Source: an uncultured Actinomycetes bacterium (GTDB lineage: Bacteria; Actinomycetota; Thermoleophilia; RBG-16-64-13). From it: a DNA stretch of 64,000 nucleotides. This document shows, piece by piece, positions 1 to 9,485 of the stretch; positions within the stretch are counted from its first letter, which is position 1; each line of letters begins with the position of its first letter. The notes below the pieces were generated by a model that searched no databases, was not told the origin of the DNA, and saw nothing but the letters and a program-made list of their open reading frames with translations. The stretch is taken from assembly GCA_963713545.1 (NCBI GenBank), contig CAVQME010000011.1, positions 24,976 through 88,975 of the forward strand, written 5' to 3'. The position numbers were made by a program, and so were the translations under genes.

Positions 1-1
1 T

Positions 2-2404
2 TCGAAGGATCTAGTCACGCACGGCGTGTGCGTGGGCATGACCGGGAGCGGAAAGACCGGCCTCTGTATCGGCCTTCTGGAAGAAGCCGCCATCGACGGT
101 GTTCCGGCGATCGTCATCGACCCCAAGGGAGACATGGCCGACCTGATGCTGACGTTTCCTCTGTTGCGTCCCGAGGATTTCCGCCCTTGGGTCAGCCAGG
201 AGGAGGCCGCCAAGAAGGCCCTCTCCGTCGATGACTTCGCCGCGCAGCAGGCGGACATGTGGAAGAAAGGACTCGCGGACTGGGGACAGGACCCTAGCCG
301 GATCCAGCGCCTGAAAGACGCCGCCGAATTCACCGTCTACACGCCCGGATCGAACGCGGGTCTGCCGGTGAGCATCCTCAAGTCATTTTCCGCCCCTTCC
401 CCAACGGTCCGCGCCGACGATGAGGCGCTGCGGGACCGTATCGACACGGCGGTCACCAGCATCCTCGGTCTGGTGGGAGTTGCGGCGGATCCTATCCAGA
501 GCCGGGAGCACATCCTGCTTTCCAGTCTGTTCAACAACGCTTGGTCGGCCGGCCAGGACCTCGACCTGGTCGGCCTCATCCAGCAGATCCAGAAACCGCC
601 TTTCGTGAAAGTGGGAGTCCTCGACCTGGATTCCTTCTATCCGGCCAAGGAGAGGTTCGAACTGGCCATGCTGCTCAACAATCTGCTCGCGGCCCCGACC
701 TTCCAGACCTGGCTCGAGGGCGAGGCGCTGGACATCGGGCAGATGCTGTTCACAAGCGCCGGCAAACCCCGGGTCTCGATCTTCTCCATCGCTCATCTCT
801 CCGATACGGAGCGTATGTTCTTCGTATCTTTGCTCCTGAACGAGATCCTCGGCTGGGTACGTGCCCAGCAGGGCACTGGAAGCCTGAGGGCCATCGTGTA
901 TATGGACGAGATCTTCGGCTTCTTTCCCCCGGTCGCCGAACCGCCTTCCAAGCGGCCGCTTCTGACCCTCCTCAAGCAGGCCCGAGCCTTCGGAGTGGGT
1001 ATCCTGCTGGCCACCCAGAACCCGGTCGACCTCGACTACAAGGGTCTGGCGAACACCGGGACGTGGTTCATCGGCCGGCTGCAGACGGAGCGCGACAAGG
1101 CCCGCCTGCTGGAGGGGTTGGAGGGCGTGGCCGCGGGTTCGGAGAGCAAGTTCGACCGCCAGGAGATGGAGGAGACGCTGGCCGGTCTCGGAAAACGCAT
1201 ATTCCTCATGTACAACGCTCACGAGGACGCCCCGGCGGTGTTCCAGACCCGTTGGGCCCTCTCCTACCTGCCCGGTCCGTTGACTAGAGCGCAGATCAAG
1301 ACCCTCATGGACCCGCGCCGTCCGGCGGCGGCCACGCCCCAGCCGACGGCACTGGCACCGGCCGCGCCGCCTGCAGCGGCCGTGGGAGCCGGTGCGGCGA
1401 CTGGAACCGCGGCCTCTGAGACACCCGCCGGGGCGGGCCCGACGGGGGCCGTCGAACCGCCGGCTCTGCCCGCCGATATACCCCAGTTCTACCTGCCCCT
1501 GCGCGGCGCCAGTCCCGCCAGCCCCGACCTGGTGTACCGAGCAGGAGTCCTGGCCGCGGCGACCGTCAACTTCGTGAGCACCGGCAGCGGGGCGAGCACC
1601 TCCACCAAGCTCCAGAGGATCGCCCCAGCCCCGGAAAGCGCGCTGGCGCTCGACTGGGAGGCGGCCGCCGCTCTCGATATGCCGCTCGACGACCTCGACC
1701 GGATACCCTACCCTGAAGCCGCGTTCGCCGAGCTGCCTCCGGCCATGGCCAAGGTGACCTCATACCGCTCCTGGGAATCGGACTTCAAGGCATGGGCCTA
1801 CCGCACTCAGGCCGTGGAGGTCTTCAAGAGCCTGAACTTCAAACTGACCTCGAATCCAGGCGAGACCGAAGGGGAGTTTCGCACCCGCCTGCAGCTGGTG
1901 GCCCGTGAGGCGCGAGACGAAATGAGCGACAAGCTGCGGCAGAAGTATGCCGCCAAAGCGGCGACCCTCAAGCAGCAGGAGCTACGGGCCCAACAGGCGG
2001 TCCAACGGGAGGCCGAGCAGGCCAAAGGCCGCAAGATGCAGACCGCTATCTCGTTCGGGTCGACCGTCCTGGGCGCTTTTCTCGGGCGCAAGGCTCTCAG
2101 TGCGAGCACTCTGGGCCGGGCCACGACGACCATGCGCGACGTGGGCCGCAGCCTCGACGAGAGCGGCGACGTCAAGCGGGCCGAGGAGACGCTGGCGACT
2201 GTCAAGCAAAAGCAGGCCGATATGGAAGCCGAGTTCCAAGCGGAGCTCGACGGGCTCGAGACTCAGATCGATCCGATGACCGAACAGTTGGAGAAGATCC
2301 TCATGCGCCCGCGCAAGAGCGACATCGCTGTGGATTCCCTCGGGCTCGTGTGGATGCCCTGCTGGCGTGACGCCACCGGTACGCTGACGGACGCCTGGGG
2401 ATAG
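2..2404 (+). CDS. HerA/FtsK-like P-loop ATPase of the DUF853/DUF87 type; 5' end lies outside the window
   Basis: The frame is open to the window edge. A Walker A motif GMTGSGKTG sits near the N-terminus, followed by an ATPase core of about 430 aa (motifs such as VYMDEIFGFF and ATQNPVDLDY). After the core comes an Ala/Pro-rich linker and a charged, coiled-coil-like C-terminal region. Confidence 0.6.
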   Translation, partial: SKDLVTHGVCVGMTGSGKTGLCIGLLEEAAIDGVPAIVIDPKGDMADLMLTFPLLRPEDFRPWVSQEEAAKKALSVDDFAAQQADMWKKGLADWGQDPSRIQRLKDAAEFTVYTPGSNAGLPVSILKSFSAPSPTVRADDEALRDRIDTAVTSILGLVGVAADPIQSREHILLSSLFNNAWSAGQDLDLVGLIQQIQKPPFVKVGVLDLDSFYPAKERFELAMLLNNLLAAPTFQTWLEGEALDIGQMLFTSAGKPRVSIFSIAHLSDTERMFFVSLLLNEILGWVRAQQGTGSLRAIVYMDEIFGFFPPVAEPPSKRPLLTLLKQARAFGVGILLATQNPVDLDYKGLANTGTWFIGRLQTERDKARLLEGLEGVAAGSESKFDRQEMEETLAGLGKRIFLMYNAHEDAPAVFQTRWALSYLPGPLTRAQIKTLMDPRRPAAATPQPTALAPAAPPAAAVGAGAATGTAASETPAGAGPTGAVEPPALPADIPQFYLPLRGASPASPDLVYRAGVLAAATVNFVSTGSGASTSTKLQRIAPAPESALALDWEAAAALDMPLDDLDRIPYPEAAFAELPPAMAKVTSYRSWESDFKAWAYRTQAVEVFKSLNFKLTSNPGETEGEFRTRLQLVAREARDEMSDKLRQKYAAKAATLKQQELRAQQAVQREAEQAKGRKMQTAISFGSTVLGAFLGRKALSASTLGRATTTMRDVGRSLDESGDVKRAEETLATVKQKQADMEAEFQAELDGLETQIDPMTEQLEKILMRPRKSDIAVDSLGLVWMPCWRDATGTLTDAWG

Positions 2405-2460
2405 TGCCGAGAGAGACTGGTGCAAAGAGGTCTGCCGGACCGCACAGAGGAGGAGTGAGT

Positions 2461-2910
2461 ATGCTCAAGGAGTTCAGGGCCTTCATCGAGCGAGGTAGTT
2501 TGCTTCAAATCGCCGTAGCCTTCATCCTGGGCGTTGCTTTCGCCGCCGTGGTGGGCTCTCTTGTGAACGACATCATCATGCCCGCCGTCGGCTATGCCCT
2601 GGGGGGAGTGGACTTCACCAGTCTGTTCGCGGTGATCAAGGAAGGCGACCCCGCGGGTCCGTACAACACCGTCGCTGCGGCCAAGGAGGCCGGTGCCGTC
2701 ACCATCAACTACGGCATGTTCATCAACGCGATCATCGTATTCATCATCGTGGCGCTGGTCCTCTTCTTCATCGTCAAGGCCTACATGAAGACCCAGAAGC
2801 CCGTCGATGAGACCAACAAGGACTGCCCGTTCTGCTTCACTTCGATCCCGATCGCGGCCGTCCGTTGCCCGAACTGCACCTCCGAACTCCCGGTGGACGT
2901 CAAGACCTGA
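2461..2910 (+). CDS. mscL: large-conductance mechanosensitive channel MscL with C-terminal CxxC...CxxC zinc-ribbon extension
   Basis: The ATG at 2461 follows a GGAGGAG ribosome-binding site. The N-terminus MLKEFRAFIERGSLLQIAVAFILGVAFAAVV is the canonical MscL TM1 region, and two TM helices are present. The C-terminal tail DCPFCFTSIPIAAVRCPNCTSELP carries four cysteines in a zinc-ribbon arrangement. Confidence 0.85.
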   Translation: MLKEFRAFIERGSLLQIAVAFILGVAFAAVVGSLVNDIIMPAVGYALGGVDFTSLFAVIKEGDPAGPYNTVAAAKEAGAVTINYGMFINAIIVFIIVALVLFFIVKAYMKTQKPVDETNKDCPFCFTSIPIAAVRCPNCTSELPVDVKT

Positions 2911-2962
2911 TCGGCGAGACATCTGGCCGGCGTAGACCGCCGGATCTGAGACACACCGCTTC

Positions 2963-2991
2963 CGGGGCGGGGCGCAAAGCGCCCCGCCCCG
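2963..2991 (+). terminator. intrinsic terminator-like hairpin after mscL
   Basis: A perfect 13-bp stem (cggggcggggcgc / gcgccccgccccg) with a 3-nt AAA loop lies 53 nt after the mscL stop. It is followed by a C/T-rich tract (ctcttccccc). Confidence 0.6.
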
Positions 2992-3080
2992 CTCTTCCCC
3001 CGGCCCGGTCGGCAAACCGGTGGCAGGAGCTCTGGCGAGAGGACCCGCCGCAGCGGGCTGCGGCTATACTCTCAACCACC

Positions 3081-5420
3081 ATGGCTCAGCACCATCCTCT
3101 CCAAGACCACACCTTCTTTGCCACCTGCCCGCGGAACACCGAGGGCCTGCTGCTCGACGAGTTACGCCTGATTGGGGCGACGGACGCAGTGGAGACCCGG
3201 GCGGGGGTCTCGTTCACCGGATCGTTGGCTCTGGCCTACCGCGCCTGCCTCTGGTCTCGGGTCGCCAGCCGCGTGCTCGTGCGGATGGTCGCCTTCCCCG
3301 CCTCCGCGGTGGACGACCTGTACGAAGGGACGGCGGCGCTCCCGTGGGAAGATCACCTCGATGTGCGGGGAACCCTGGCAGTGGAAGTCACCTCCAGCAT
3401 CAAGCAGGGACCATTGGCCCAACTCAACACCCACTTCGCGGAGCAGCGAGTCAAGGACGCGGTGGTCGACCGCTTCCGCAGCAAGACAGGGATACGGCCG
3501 GGCGTGGACCTGGCCCGGCCCGACGTCCGCATCAATCTGCACCTGACACCCGCTGAGACCATCGTCAGCCTCGACCTCTCGGGAGACGGGCTGCACAAAC
3601 GCGGCTATCGCATGGGGGTCGGCGAAGCCCCTCTCAAAGAGAACCTGGCCGCTGCGATACTGATGCGGGCCGGCTGGCCGCGGATCGCCCTTGAAGGCGG
3701 GGCGTTGCTGGACCCCCTGTGCGGCTCGGGCACGCTGCTGATCGAAGGCGCACTGATGGCCGGCGACGTCGCTCCCGGTCTGCGGCGCGACTACTACGGC
3801 TTTCTAGGGTGGAAGGGATTCGACCGTGCTGTCTGGGGCGATCTCCTTGCGGAGGCCGAACAGCGCCGGAGCGCCGGCCTGCAGAGGCTGCCGGCCCTCT
3901 TTGGCTTCGACAGTGACGCCAGAGCGATCGGCGCGGCCCGCGCGAATGCCCGAAGGGCCGGCCTCGCCGGCCGCATGGTCCTGGAGCGGCGCGAGCTCAG
4001 CTTCCTGTCCGCCCCCGAAAGGGGAGAGCCGTCGGCCAAGGCCCTCGTTTGGCCGGCGTTGCTTCCTGGTCTTGTGGTCGCCAACCCACCCTATGGTAAA
4101 CGTCTGGGTGATATGCCGGACCTGGTGGAGCTCTACGAGACGCTGGGAGAGAGGCTGAAGGCCTCGTTCAGCGGCTGGGAGGCGGCCGTCTTCACGGGCA
4201 ACCCGGAGCTGGGCGCCCATCTCGGCCTTCGCGCCCACCGGACCAACGTCCTTTATAACGGGCCGCTCCCATGCCGGCTCCTGCAGTTCCACATCGACCC
4301 GGCCGGATTCCAGGCTCCCGTCGTGCGGCGGCAGTCGGCGATCGCCGGCACGAGTCCCGACCACGCCGAGCACGAAGCGCCGGCCGACGCCGGGCCAAGC
4401 CCAGTGGGCACCGCGGCCACCGGCAGCGAGGGTGCCGTGATGTTCGGCAACCGCCTTCGCAAGAACCTCAAGCACCTGAAGCGCTGGGCGGCCCGAGAGG
4501 GCATCCACTGCTATCGCCTCTACGATGCCGACCTGCCCGAATACGCAGCCGCGGTCGATCTCTACGGTGACTGGGCTCATGTTCAGGAGTACGCCCCACC
4601 GAGCACCGTCGATCCTGTCCGCGCCCGTCGCAGGCTCCGGGAAATGGTGGCGGTCGTACCGCAGGTGCTCGACATAGCGCCGGAGCATGTGGTCCTCAAG
4701 AGCCGGCGGCCCCAGCGGGGAGCCGACCAGTATCAGAAGCTGTGCGACGGAGGTAGCCTCCTGGAAGTCGAGGAAGGCGGTCTGCGCTTCCTGGTGAACC
4801 TCACCGACTACCTCGACACCGGCTTGTTTCTCGACCACCGGCTCACCCGCATGCTGATCCGGGAGCTCGCCGCCGGGCGGCGCTTTCTCAATCTCTTCGC
4901 CTACACCGGTGCGGCCACCGTCTACGCGGCAGCGGGGGGAGCAGCCTCCACGACCACGGTCGACCTTTCGCTCACCTATCTAGACTGGGCTCGCCAGAAC
5001 CTGGACCTGAACGGTTTCACCGGGCCCGAGCACGGCTTCGTGCGGGCAGACTGCCTGGAATGGCTCACGCAGGCCGGACCGGGCCGCCGGCGCGGGGCGG
5101 CCGGCCCGTCCGGCGCCGGTCCCTTCGACCTCATATTCCTGGACGCCCCCACCTTCTCGAACTCCAAGAGCATGACCGGTACCCTCGACATCCAGCGCGA
5201 CCACCCGTGGCTCATCAAGGCGGCGGCCGGTCTGCTCTCGCCCGAAGGTCTCCTCTTGTTCTCCACCAACTTTCGCCGTTTCAAGCTGGATCATGAGGTC
5301 GATGAGACGTACAAGGTCATCGATATCACCAGGCAGACGATCCCACCGGACTTCGCACGCAACCCGCGCATCCACCACTGCTACCGCATCGAGCCGTCCG
5401 GAGGCCCCGGTGCGGGCTGA
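3081..5420 (+). CDS. rlmL: bifunctional 23S rRNA m2G2445/m7G2069 methyltransferase RlmKL (RlmL/RlmK)
   Basis: The N-terminus MAQHHPLQDHTFFATCPRNTEGLLLDELRLIGA...ACLWSRVASRVL matches the THUMP/RlmL N-terminus. An NPPYGKRLGD N-methyltransferase motif is present, and a second C-terminal SAM-methyltransferase domain follows. The ORF-track start at 2865 is an upstream extension of low plausibility. Confidence 0.8.
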   Translation: MAQHHPLQDHTFFATCPRNTEGLLLDELRLIGATDAVETRAGVSFTGSLALAYRACLWSRVASRVLVRMVAFPASAVDDLYEGTAALPWEDHLDVRGTLAVEVTSSIKQGPLAQLNTHFAEQRVKDAVVDRFRSKTGIRPGVDLARPDVRINLHLTPAETIVSLDLSGDGLHKRGYRMGVGEAPLKENLAAAILMRAGWPRIALEGGALLDPLCGSGTLLIEGALMAGDVAPGLRRDYYGFLGWKGFDRAVWGDLLAEAEQRRSAGLQRLPALFGFDSDARAIGAARANARRAGLAGRMVLERRELSFLSAPERGEPSAKALVWPALLPGLVVANPPYGKRLGDMPDLVELYETLGERLKASFSGWEAAVFTGNPELGAHLGLRAHRTNVLYNGPLPCRLLQFHIDPAGFQAPVVRRQSAIAGTSPDHAEHEAPADAGPSPVGTAATGSEGAVMFGNRLRKNLKHLKRWAAREGIHCYRLYDADLPEYAAAVDLYGDWAHVQEYAPPSTVDPVRARRRLREMVAVVPQVLDIAPEHVVLKSRRPQRGADQYQKLCDGGSLLEVEEGGLRFLVNLTDYLDTGLFLDHRLTRMLIRELAAGRRFLNLFAYTGAATVYAAAGGAASTTTVDLSLTYLDWARQNLDLNGFTGPEHGFVRADCLEWLTQAGPGRRRGAAGPSGAGPFDLIFLDAPTFSNSKSMTGTLDIQRDHPWLIKAAAGLLSPEGLLLFSTNFRRFKLDHEVDETYKVIDITRQTIPPDFARNPRIHHCYRIEPSGGPGAG

Positions 5421-7170
5421 TCCCGACCGGCTCCCCTCCAACGGCGAGCTGGCAGGCCTGTTCCAGACCATAGCCGACTATCTCGCCCTGGATGGACAGT
5501 CGACCTACCGCATCCTCGCCTACGAAAAGGCCGCTGGTCTCTTTCGCGAGCATCCCGTCTCGATAGCCGAGATGGCCGCACGTGGCGAACTGCGCGAGCT
5601 ACCAGGTGTCGGGGAAGCCATCGAGGCCAAGGTACTCGAGTACATAGCGACCGGAGATGTGACTTTCCTGCGTGGTCTTCGAGAGCGCTACCCGGAGGGC
5701 CTCCTGGAGGTCATGCGCCTGCCGGGCATGGGTCCGAAGAAGACCCGCATCGTCTGGGAACTCGCACGAGTGGGAGACCTGCGGGATCTGGAGCGCGCCT
5801 GCCGGGAAGAGCGGATCCGCGGGCTTCCCGGCATGGGAGAAAAGACCGAGGCCAAGCTCCTGCGTGCCCTCGAGATCTGGGCGGCCCGGGCCGCGGGCGG
5901 AGCTGCGCCGCGCCGTCTGCGCGCGCAGGTTGAACCGCAGGCCAGCCGTCTGGTGGAAGCGCTGCGCTCACTGCCCGCGGTCGTCGCCGCCGACTACGCG
6001 GGAAGCCTCCGCCGCCTACGTGCCACCGTGCGTGACATCGATCTCGTGGCGGCGTCGACCGACCCGGCTGTGGTCATGGACTCCTTCTCCAGGCTGCCGG
6101 AGGTGGAGCACATCGAGGAACGGGGCGACACCAAACTCACCGCCAAGACCCACACCGGTCTTGGGGTTGACCTTCGCATCGTCCCCCCGGAGTCTTACGG
6201 CGACCTCCTGCAGCATCTCACCGGCAGCGCGGAACACAACGTGGCTCTACGCGGCTATGCCCAGCGACGCGGCTACAAGATCAGCGAGTACAACGTGGAG
6301 CATCTGACGTCGGCGGAGCTCATCACCTGCGCGACCGAAACCGAGGTGTACGAACTGGTGGGACTGAGCTATATCCCACCTGAACTACGCGAGAACCAGG
6401 GAGAGATCGAAGCGGCCGAAAGAGGATCGCTCCCAGACCTGATCGAGCGCGCGGACCTGCGGGGCGACCTTCATGTGCACTCCGATTGGACCGACGGCCG
6501 TGCCAGTCTGGAGCAGATGGCGCTTTCGGCCAGGGAACGGGGCCTCGACTACCTCTGTTTCTGCGACCATTCCCAGTCGCTGGCCATGACCGGAGGCCTG
6601 GGACCGGAGCGTCTGCTCGCCCAAGTCGAGGCAATCCGTCTGCTGGACGCACGCCTGGACGGGATCGCCCTCTTGGCGGGTATCGAGGTCGACATCCTCG
6701 CCGACAGTCGTTTGGATCTGCCGGATGACGTCCTGGCCAAGCTTGATTTCGTGACCGCCAGCATCCACTCCGGGTTCGGTCAGCCTCAGGGGCAGATCAT
6801 GCAGCGCCTTCTCGGCGCCATGTGTAACCCGCACATCAGCTCCATCGCCCACCCCAGCGGCCGCCTCCTTGGCCGACGCGATCCTTACGAGGTCGACTTA
6901 GAGACGCTCGCACGAGTGGCAGCAGAGACCGGCACACTCCTCGAGATCAACGGCTCCCCGGACCGGCTCGACCTCACCGCCGCCGCCGCCCGGCGGGCGG
7001 CGGCTCTGGGCGCGACGATGGTCATATGCAGTGACGCTCACAACACCGGCGATTTCGAGAACCTCGACCGAGCGGTTGCGGAGGCACGACGCGGTTGGCT
7101 CGCCGCCGCGGATGTGGCCAACACCCGGTCCTGGGACGAGGTGCGGTCCTTCAAGACCCGGAACGTCTAA
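5410..7170 (+). CDS. polX: family X DNA polymerase with C-terminal PHP phosphoesterase domain (PolX)
   Basis: The GTG start overlaps the rlmKL stop. The N-terminal helix-hairpin-helix/Pol-beta-like region is followed by a PHP motif, LHVHSDWTDGRASLEQMALSARERGLDYLCFCDHS. Confidence 0.85.
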   Translation: MRADPDRLPSNGELAGLFQTIADYLALDGQSTYRILAYEKAAGLFREHPVSIAEMAARGELRELPGVGEAIEAKVLEYIATGDVTFLRGLRERYPEGLLEVMRLPGMGPKKTRIVWELARVGDLRDLERACREERIRGLPGMGEKTEAKLLRALEIWAARAAGGAAPRRLRAQVEPQASRLVEALRSLPAVVAADYAGSLRRLRATVRDIDLVAASTDPAVVMDSFSRLPEVEHIEERGDTKLTAKTHTGLGVDLRIVPPESYGDLLQHLTGSAEHNVALRGYAQRRGYKISEYNVEHLTSAELITCATETEVYELVGLSYIPPELRENQGEIEAAERGSLPDLIERADLRGDLHVHSDWTDGRASLEQMALSARERGLDYLCFCDHSQSLAMTGGLGPERLLAQVEAIRLLDARLDGIALLAGIEVDILADSRLDLPDDVLAKLDFVTASIHSGFGQPQGQIMQRLLGAMCNPHISSIAHPSGRLLGRRDPYEVDLETLARVAAETGTLLEINGSPDRLDLTAAAARRAAALGATMVICSDAHNTGDFENLDRAVAEARRGWLAAADVANTRSWDEVRSFKTRNV

Positions 7171-7418
7171 AGCCTCCCCGAGGCGGCCCACCGCCTGCAC
7201 TCCTCGTGGGACTCTTCGCCGGCGACGATCGCTTCCAGAAGCCTGGCCAATCCGCTATCGGGCAGAGTGACCACCCAGCAGCCGCAGAGGGCCTGCGCCA
7301 GCTGGTCGAGGCGCCTGCCACCGGGGCGCACACTCGCCGCCAGGCAATCGGCCGGCAGCGCGATCGATGCGCCGCAGCCGGGGCATATCCAGGTCGTGGG
7401 AGCACCCGTGGCCGTCAA
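7167..7418 (-). CDS. hypothetical small Cys-rich protein (CPGCG motif)
   Basis: This 83-codon ORF has a TTG start and a third-codon-position G/C bias consistent with coding sequence. Its end is convergent with, and overlaps, the polX stop. No recognisable family, and it could be spurious. Confidence 0.25.
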   Translation of the reverse strand: MTATGAPTTWICPGCGASIALPADCLAASVRPGGRRLDQLAQALCGCWVVTLPDSGLARLLEAIVAGEESHEECRRWAASGRL

Positions 7419-7531
7419 AGGTCAGAACCTCTCCGCGCATGGGGGAACAAGGAACCGCTACCACGAGTATCGGCGGGGAGCACCCGTCCCATGAGCGAGT
7501 CGGAGAGGCCGGCGTCGGCTAGCGCTAAGAA

Positions 7532-7688
7532 CTCGTTTCAGAATGAAGCTCCGCCGCCAGGGACGGGCTGGGCACGCGCCAGAGAAGGACGCAGGGAGCG
7601 CGAATAGCAGCGCTATGTGCGGGACCGAGGACGCACTATCGTGCCGCCGAGGGCGCACTAGGCGGCCGCGGCTTCATTCTGAAACGAG
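7532..7688. repeat. 18-bp perfect inverted repeat (ctcgtttcagaatgaagc / gcttcattctgaaacgag) flanking a 121-nt GC-rich core; MITE-like element or structured RNA
   Basis: The arms lie at 7532-7549 and 7671-7688 and are exact reverse complements. The stem can extend inward by about 6 more bp (gccgcc / ggcggc). The element sits in the intergenic region between convergent polX and the PQQ-propeller gene. Confidence 0.5.
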
Positions 7689-7711
7689 TGGTAAGCCCGT
7701 CCGACCCACTG

Positions 7712-9481
7712 CTACTTGTCGCCGAAGCAGTAGAAATAGCCGTCCCGGCTGCCCAGGTAGATCTTACCCTTCCATACAGCCGGCGTGGACTCGAGCGCGC
7801 TGCCGCTGGCCACCTTGTACTCCCAAACCACCGGCGGGTCGATCCGGGTGTCGCTCACATCCCAGGCGTGCAGTATCCCAGCCGTGTCGCCCACGATCAG
7901 GGTCTTGTCGACCACGATGCAACTGGCCCAGGTGTGTTCGGCGATGGTCTTTCTCCAGATGATCTCGCCGGTCTGCCGGTCGATGCCCAGGAGCGCGCCG
8001 CCATGCGTAGGAATGTAGAGCATCCCCTTGTAGATGCACGGTGTGGCCCACACCCCGTATTCGCCCCCCGACACTTTGGTGATCGCCTGCGACCACACGA
8101 GCGGGGTCTCGCCCTCTCCCGTCTTGCGGGGATCGATCTTGAAGACCTGGCCCACGGCCTTGGACCGTTCGGTGGCGCCCCGTGAGCTATCGGAGTGCTG
8201 GGCGACGTAGAGGAAACCCTCCTCGTCCGCCACGATGGTGGCGTCTGTGTCGTCGCCGGTCCAGTATCTGAAGACCACCGGGTACGCGTCCTTCCCCTTG
8301 GCCGGCGCTTCACCCTCACCCAACTCCTTCAGAGTGGCGCTCACGTCGAGGCCGGTGATGAGACCACCCGAGTTGGTGAAGTAGACCCGATCCCCCACCA
8401 GGCAGGGCGAGTTCTCCACCCCCACGTCCTTGCTGCCCAGCTTGTCTATCTCGCTCTGGGTCCAACTGGTGAAGTCGAGGACGATCTGGGGATCGACAGT
8501 CACCTTGCCCTGGGCGTCATATCCTCGGTTGAGCTTCAGGATGTAGAAATGGCCGTTCTCACCGCCTTCGAAGGCATAGTCGTTGCGGATGACCGTACTG
8601 GAGTCCCAGTCGTCGTTCCAGATCTGGTTCGGGAGCTCGTCGGCATCGAGATTGAAGAGCTCTGTCGGTTCGTCCCGGTCGATGGCAAGGATGCGCCACT
8701 TGTTGTCCCGGCAGCCCATGTAGATGAGGGGATAGCCGTCTGGATCCACGACCGCCGAACCCTTGAAGATGTCGCCCCCCTTGAAGTCTGGCAGGAGCTT
8801 CTCTCCGGTCGCGGCATCTAGGAAGTGCATCTTATAGTCGTAGGCGCCGAACACCACCCAGGTGGTGCCATCACGCTCGAAGATGCAGGGCTGGCCGGTC
8901 CAGCCGGTGCCGGTCCAGGTCTTGGTGACTCCCAGGTTGGTGGAGGTGCCGGACATGGGCCCGAACTTCCAGACGATCTGCGGGTTCTGCGGCACCGGTC
9001 CCTCACCATAATACGTGCGAGAGGCGTTGCCGCGGAACATCGTCAGACCGTCGAACTTGGTCTGGATGGGGCCGTAGAAGGTGCCGGGCACCCGCTTGTC
9101 GCCGGGCTCGTCGGGGTCCCCTTTGCCTGGCGCCACCGTGGTATTGGGACTGGCCTTCCCGGTGGATACCGAGATGTCCACGGTGCCGGACACGCCGGCC
9201 GTACTCGACGTGGACCCGCTGGTGGAGGTGCTCTCCGTCGTGGAGGTGGTCTCCGTGCTCTCCGTGCTCGAGGAGCTACCCGTCGTGTCGCTGTTCGACG
9301 TCACGGTTGTCGACGCGGTCCCCCCCGTGTCGTCGCCGCAGCCGCGTACCGCGAGTGCCACCAGAAGCACGACCACTGCCACGCACGCGCCGAGTGCAAG
9401 CAGGCGCAGTATGGAGCGGCGGCGCCGCTGGCGGCGCCGCCGCTCGTAGCTTCCTCGGTTGGTGGTCCTGCTCGCTTCCAC
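7712..9481 (-). CDS. membrane-anchored PQQ-like beta-propeller repeat protein (BamB/PQQ-repeat family) with Ser/Thr-rich linker
   Basis: The protein begins with an Arg-rich cytoplasmic tail and a TM helix, followed by a low-complexity S/T-rich segment of about 80 aa. Repeated W/G-containing beta-propeller blades of the PQQ type follow (for example ...GDRVYFTNSGG... and ...GMLYIPTHGGALLGIDRQTGEIIW...). Confidence 0.7.
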   Translation of the reverse strand: MEASRTTNRGSYERRRRQRRRRSILRLLALGACVAVVVLLVALAVRGCGDDTGGTASTTVTSNSDTTGSSSSTESTETTSTTESTSTSGSTSSTAGVSGTVDISVSTGKASPNTTVAPGKGDPDEPGDKRVPGTFYGPIQTKFDGLTMFRGNASRTYYGEGPVPQNPQIVWKFGPMSGTSTNLGVTKTWTGTGWTGQPCIFERDGTTWVVFGAYDYKMHFLDAATGEKLLPDFKGGDIFKGSAVVDPDGYPLIYMGCRDNKWRILAIDRDEPTELFNLDADELPNQIWNDDWDSSTVIRNDYAFEGGENGHFYILKLNRGYDAQGKVTVDPQIVLDFTSWTQSEIDKLGSKDVGVENSPCLVGDRVYFTNSGGLITGLDVSATLKELGEGEAPAKGKDAYPVVFRYWTGDDTDATIVADEEGFLYVAQHSDSSRGATERSKAVGQVFKIDPRKTGEGETPLVWSQAITKVSGGEYGVWATPCIYKGMLYIPTHGGALLGIDRQTGEIIWRKTIAEHTWASCIVVDKTLIVGDTAGILHAWDVSDTRIDPPVVWEYKVASGSALESTPAVWKGKIYLGSRDGYFYCFGDK

Positions 9482-9485
9482 GAGC

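Noticed and set aside
383-1222. A 279-aa minus-strand ORF inside the HerA-like ATPase gene. Similar long antisense ORFs occur at 3804-4838, 16614-17915, 18467-19504, 20325-21680, 23920-25227, 29841-31868, 35700-37079, 39184-41178, 48731-49606 and 55052-56975.
   Set aside because: All are Arg/Gly/His/Pro-rich, lack recognisable motifs, and lie antisense to genes with strong family signatures. This is the usual open-frame artefact of high-GC DNA.
2865-3080. An upstream extension of rlmKL: a 72-codon leader overlapping the mscL terminator hairpin.
   Set aside because: The RlmL N-terminal homology starts at MAQHHPLQ (3081). The leader is Arg/Pro-rich and contains the 13-bp terminator stem.
7095-7607. 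A 170-aa plus-strand ORF and several other ORFs in the polX to PQQ-gene intergenic region.
   Set aside because: Their Arg/Gly/Pro-rich composition is not protein-like, and they overlap the inverted-repeat element. Only the 83-codon minus-strand Cys-containing ORF was retained, at low confidence.
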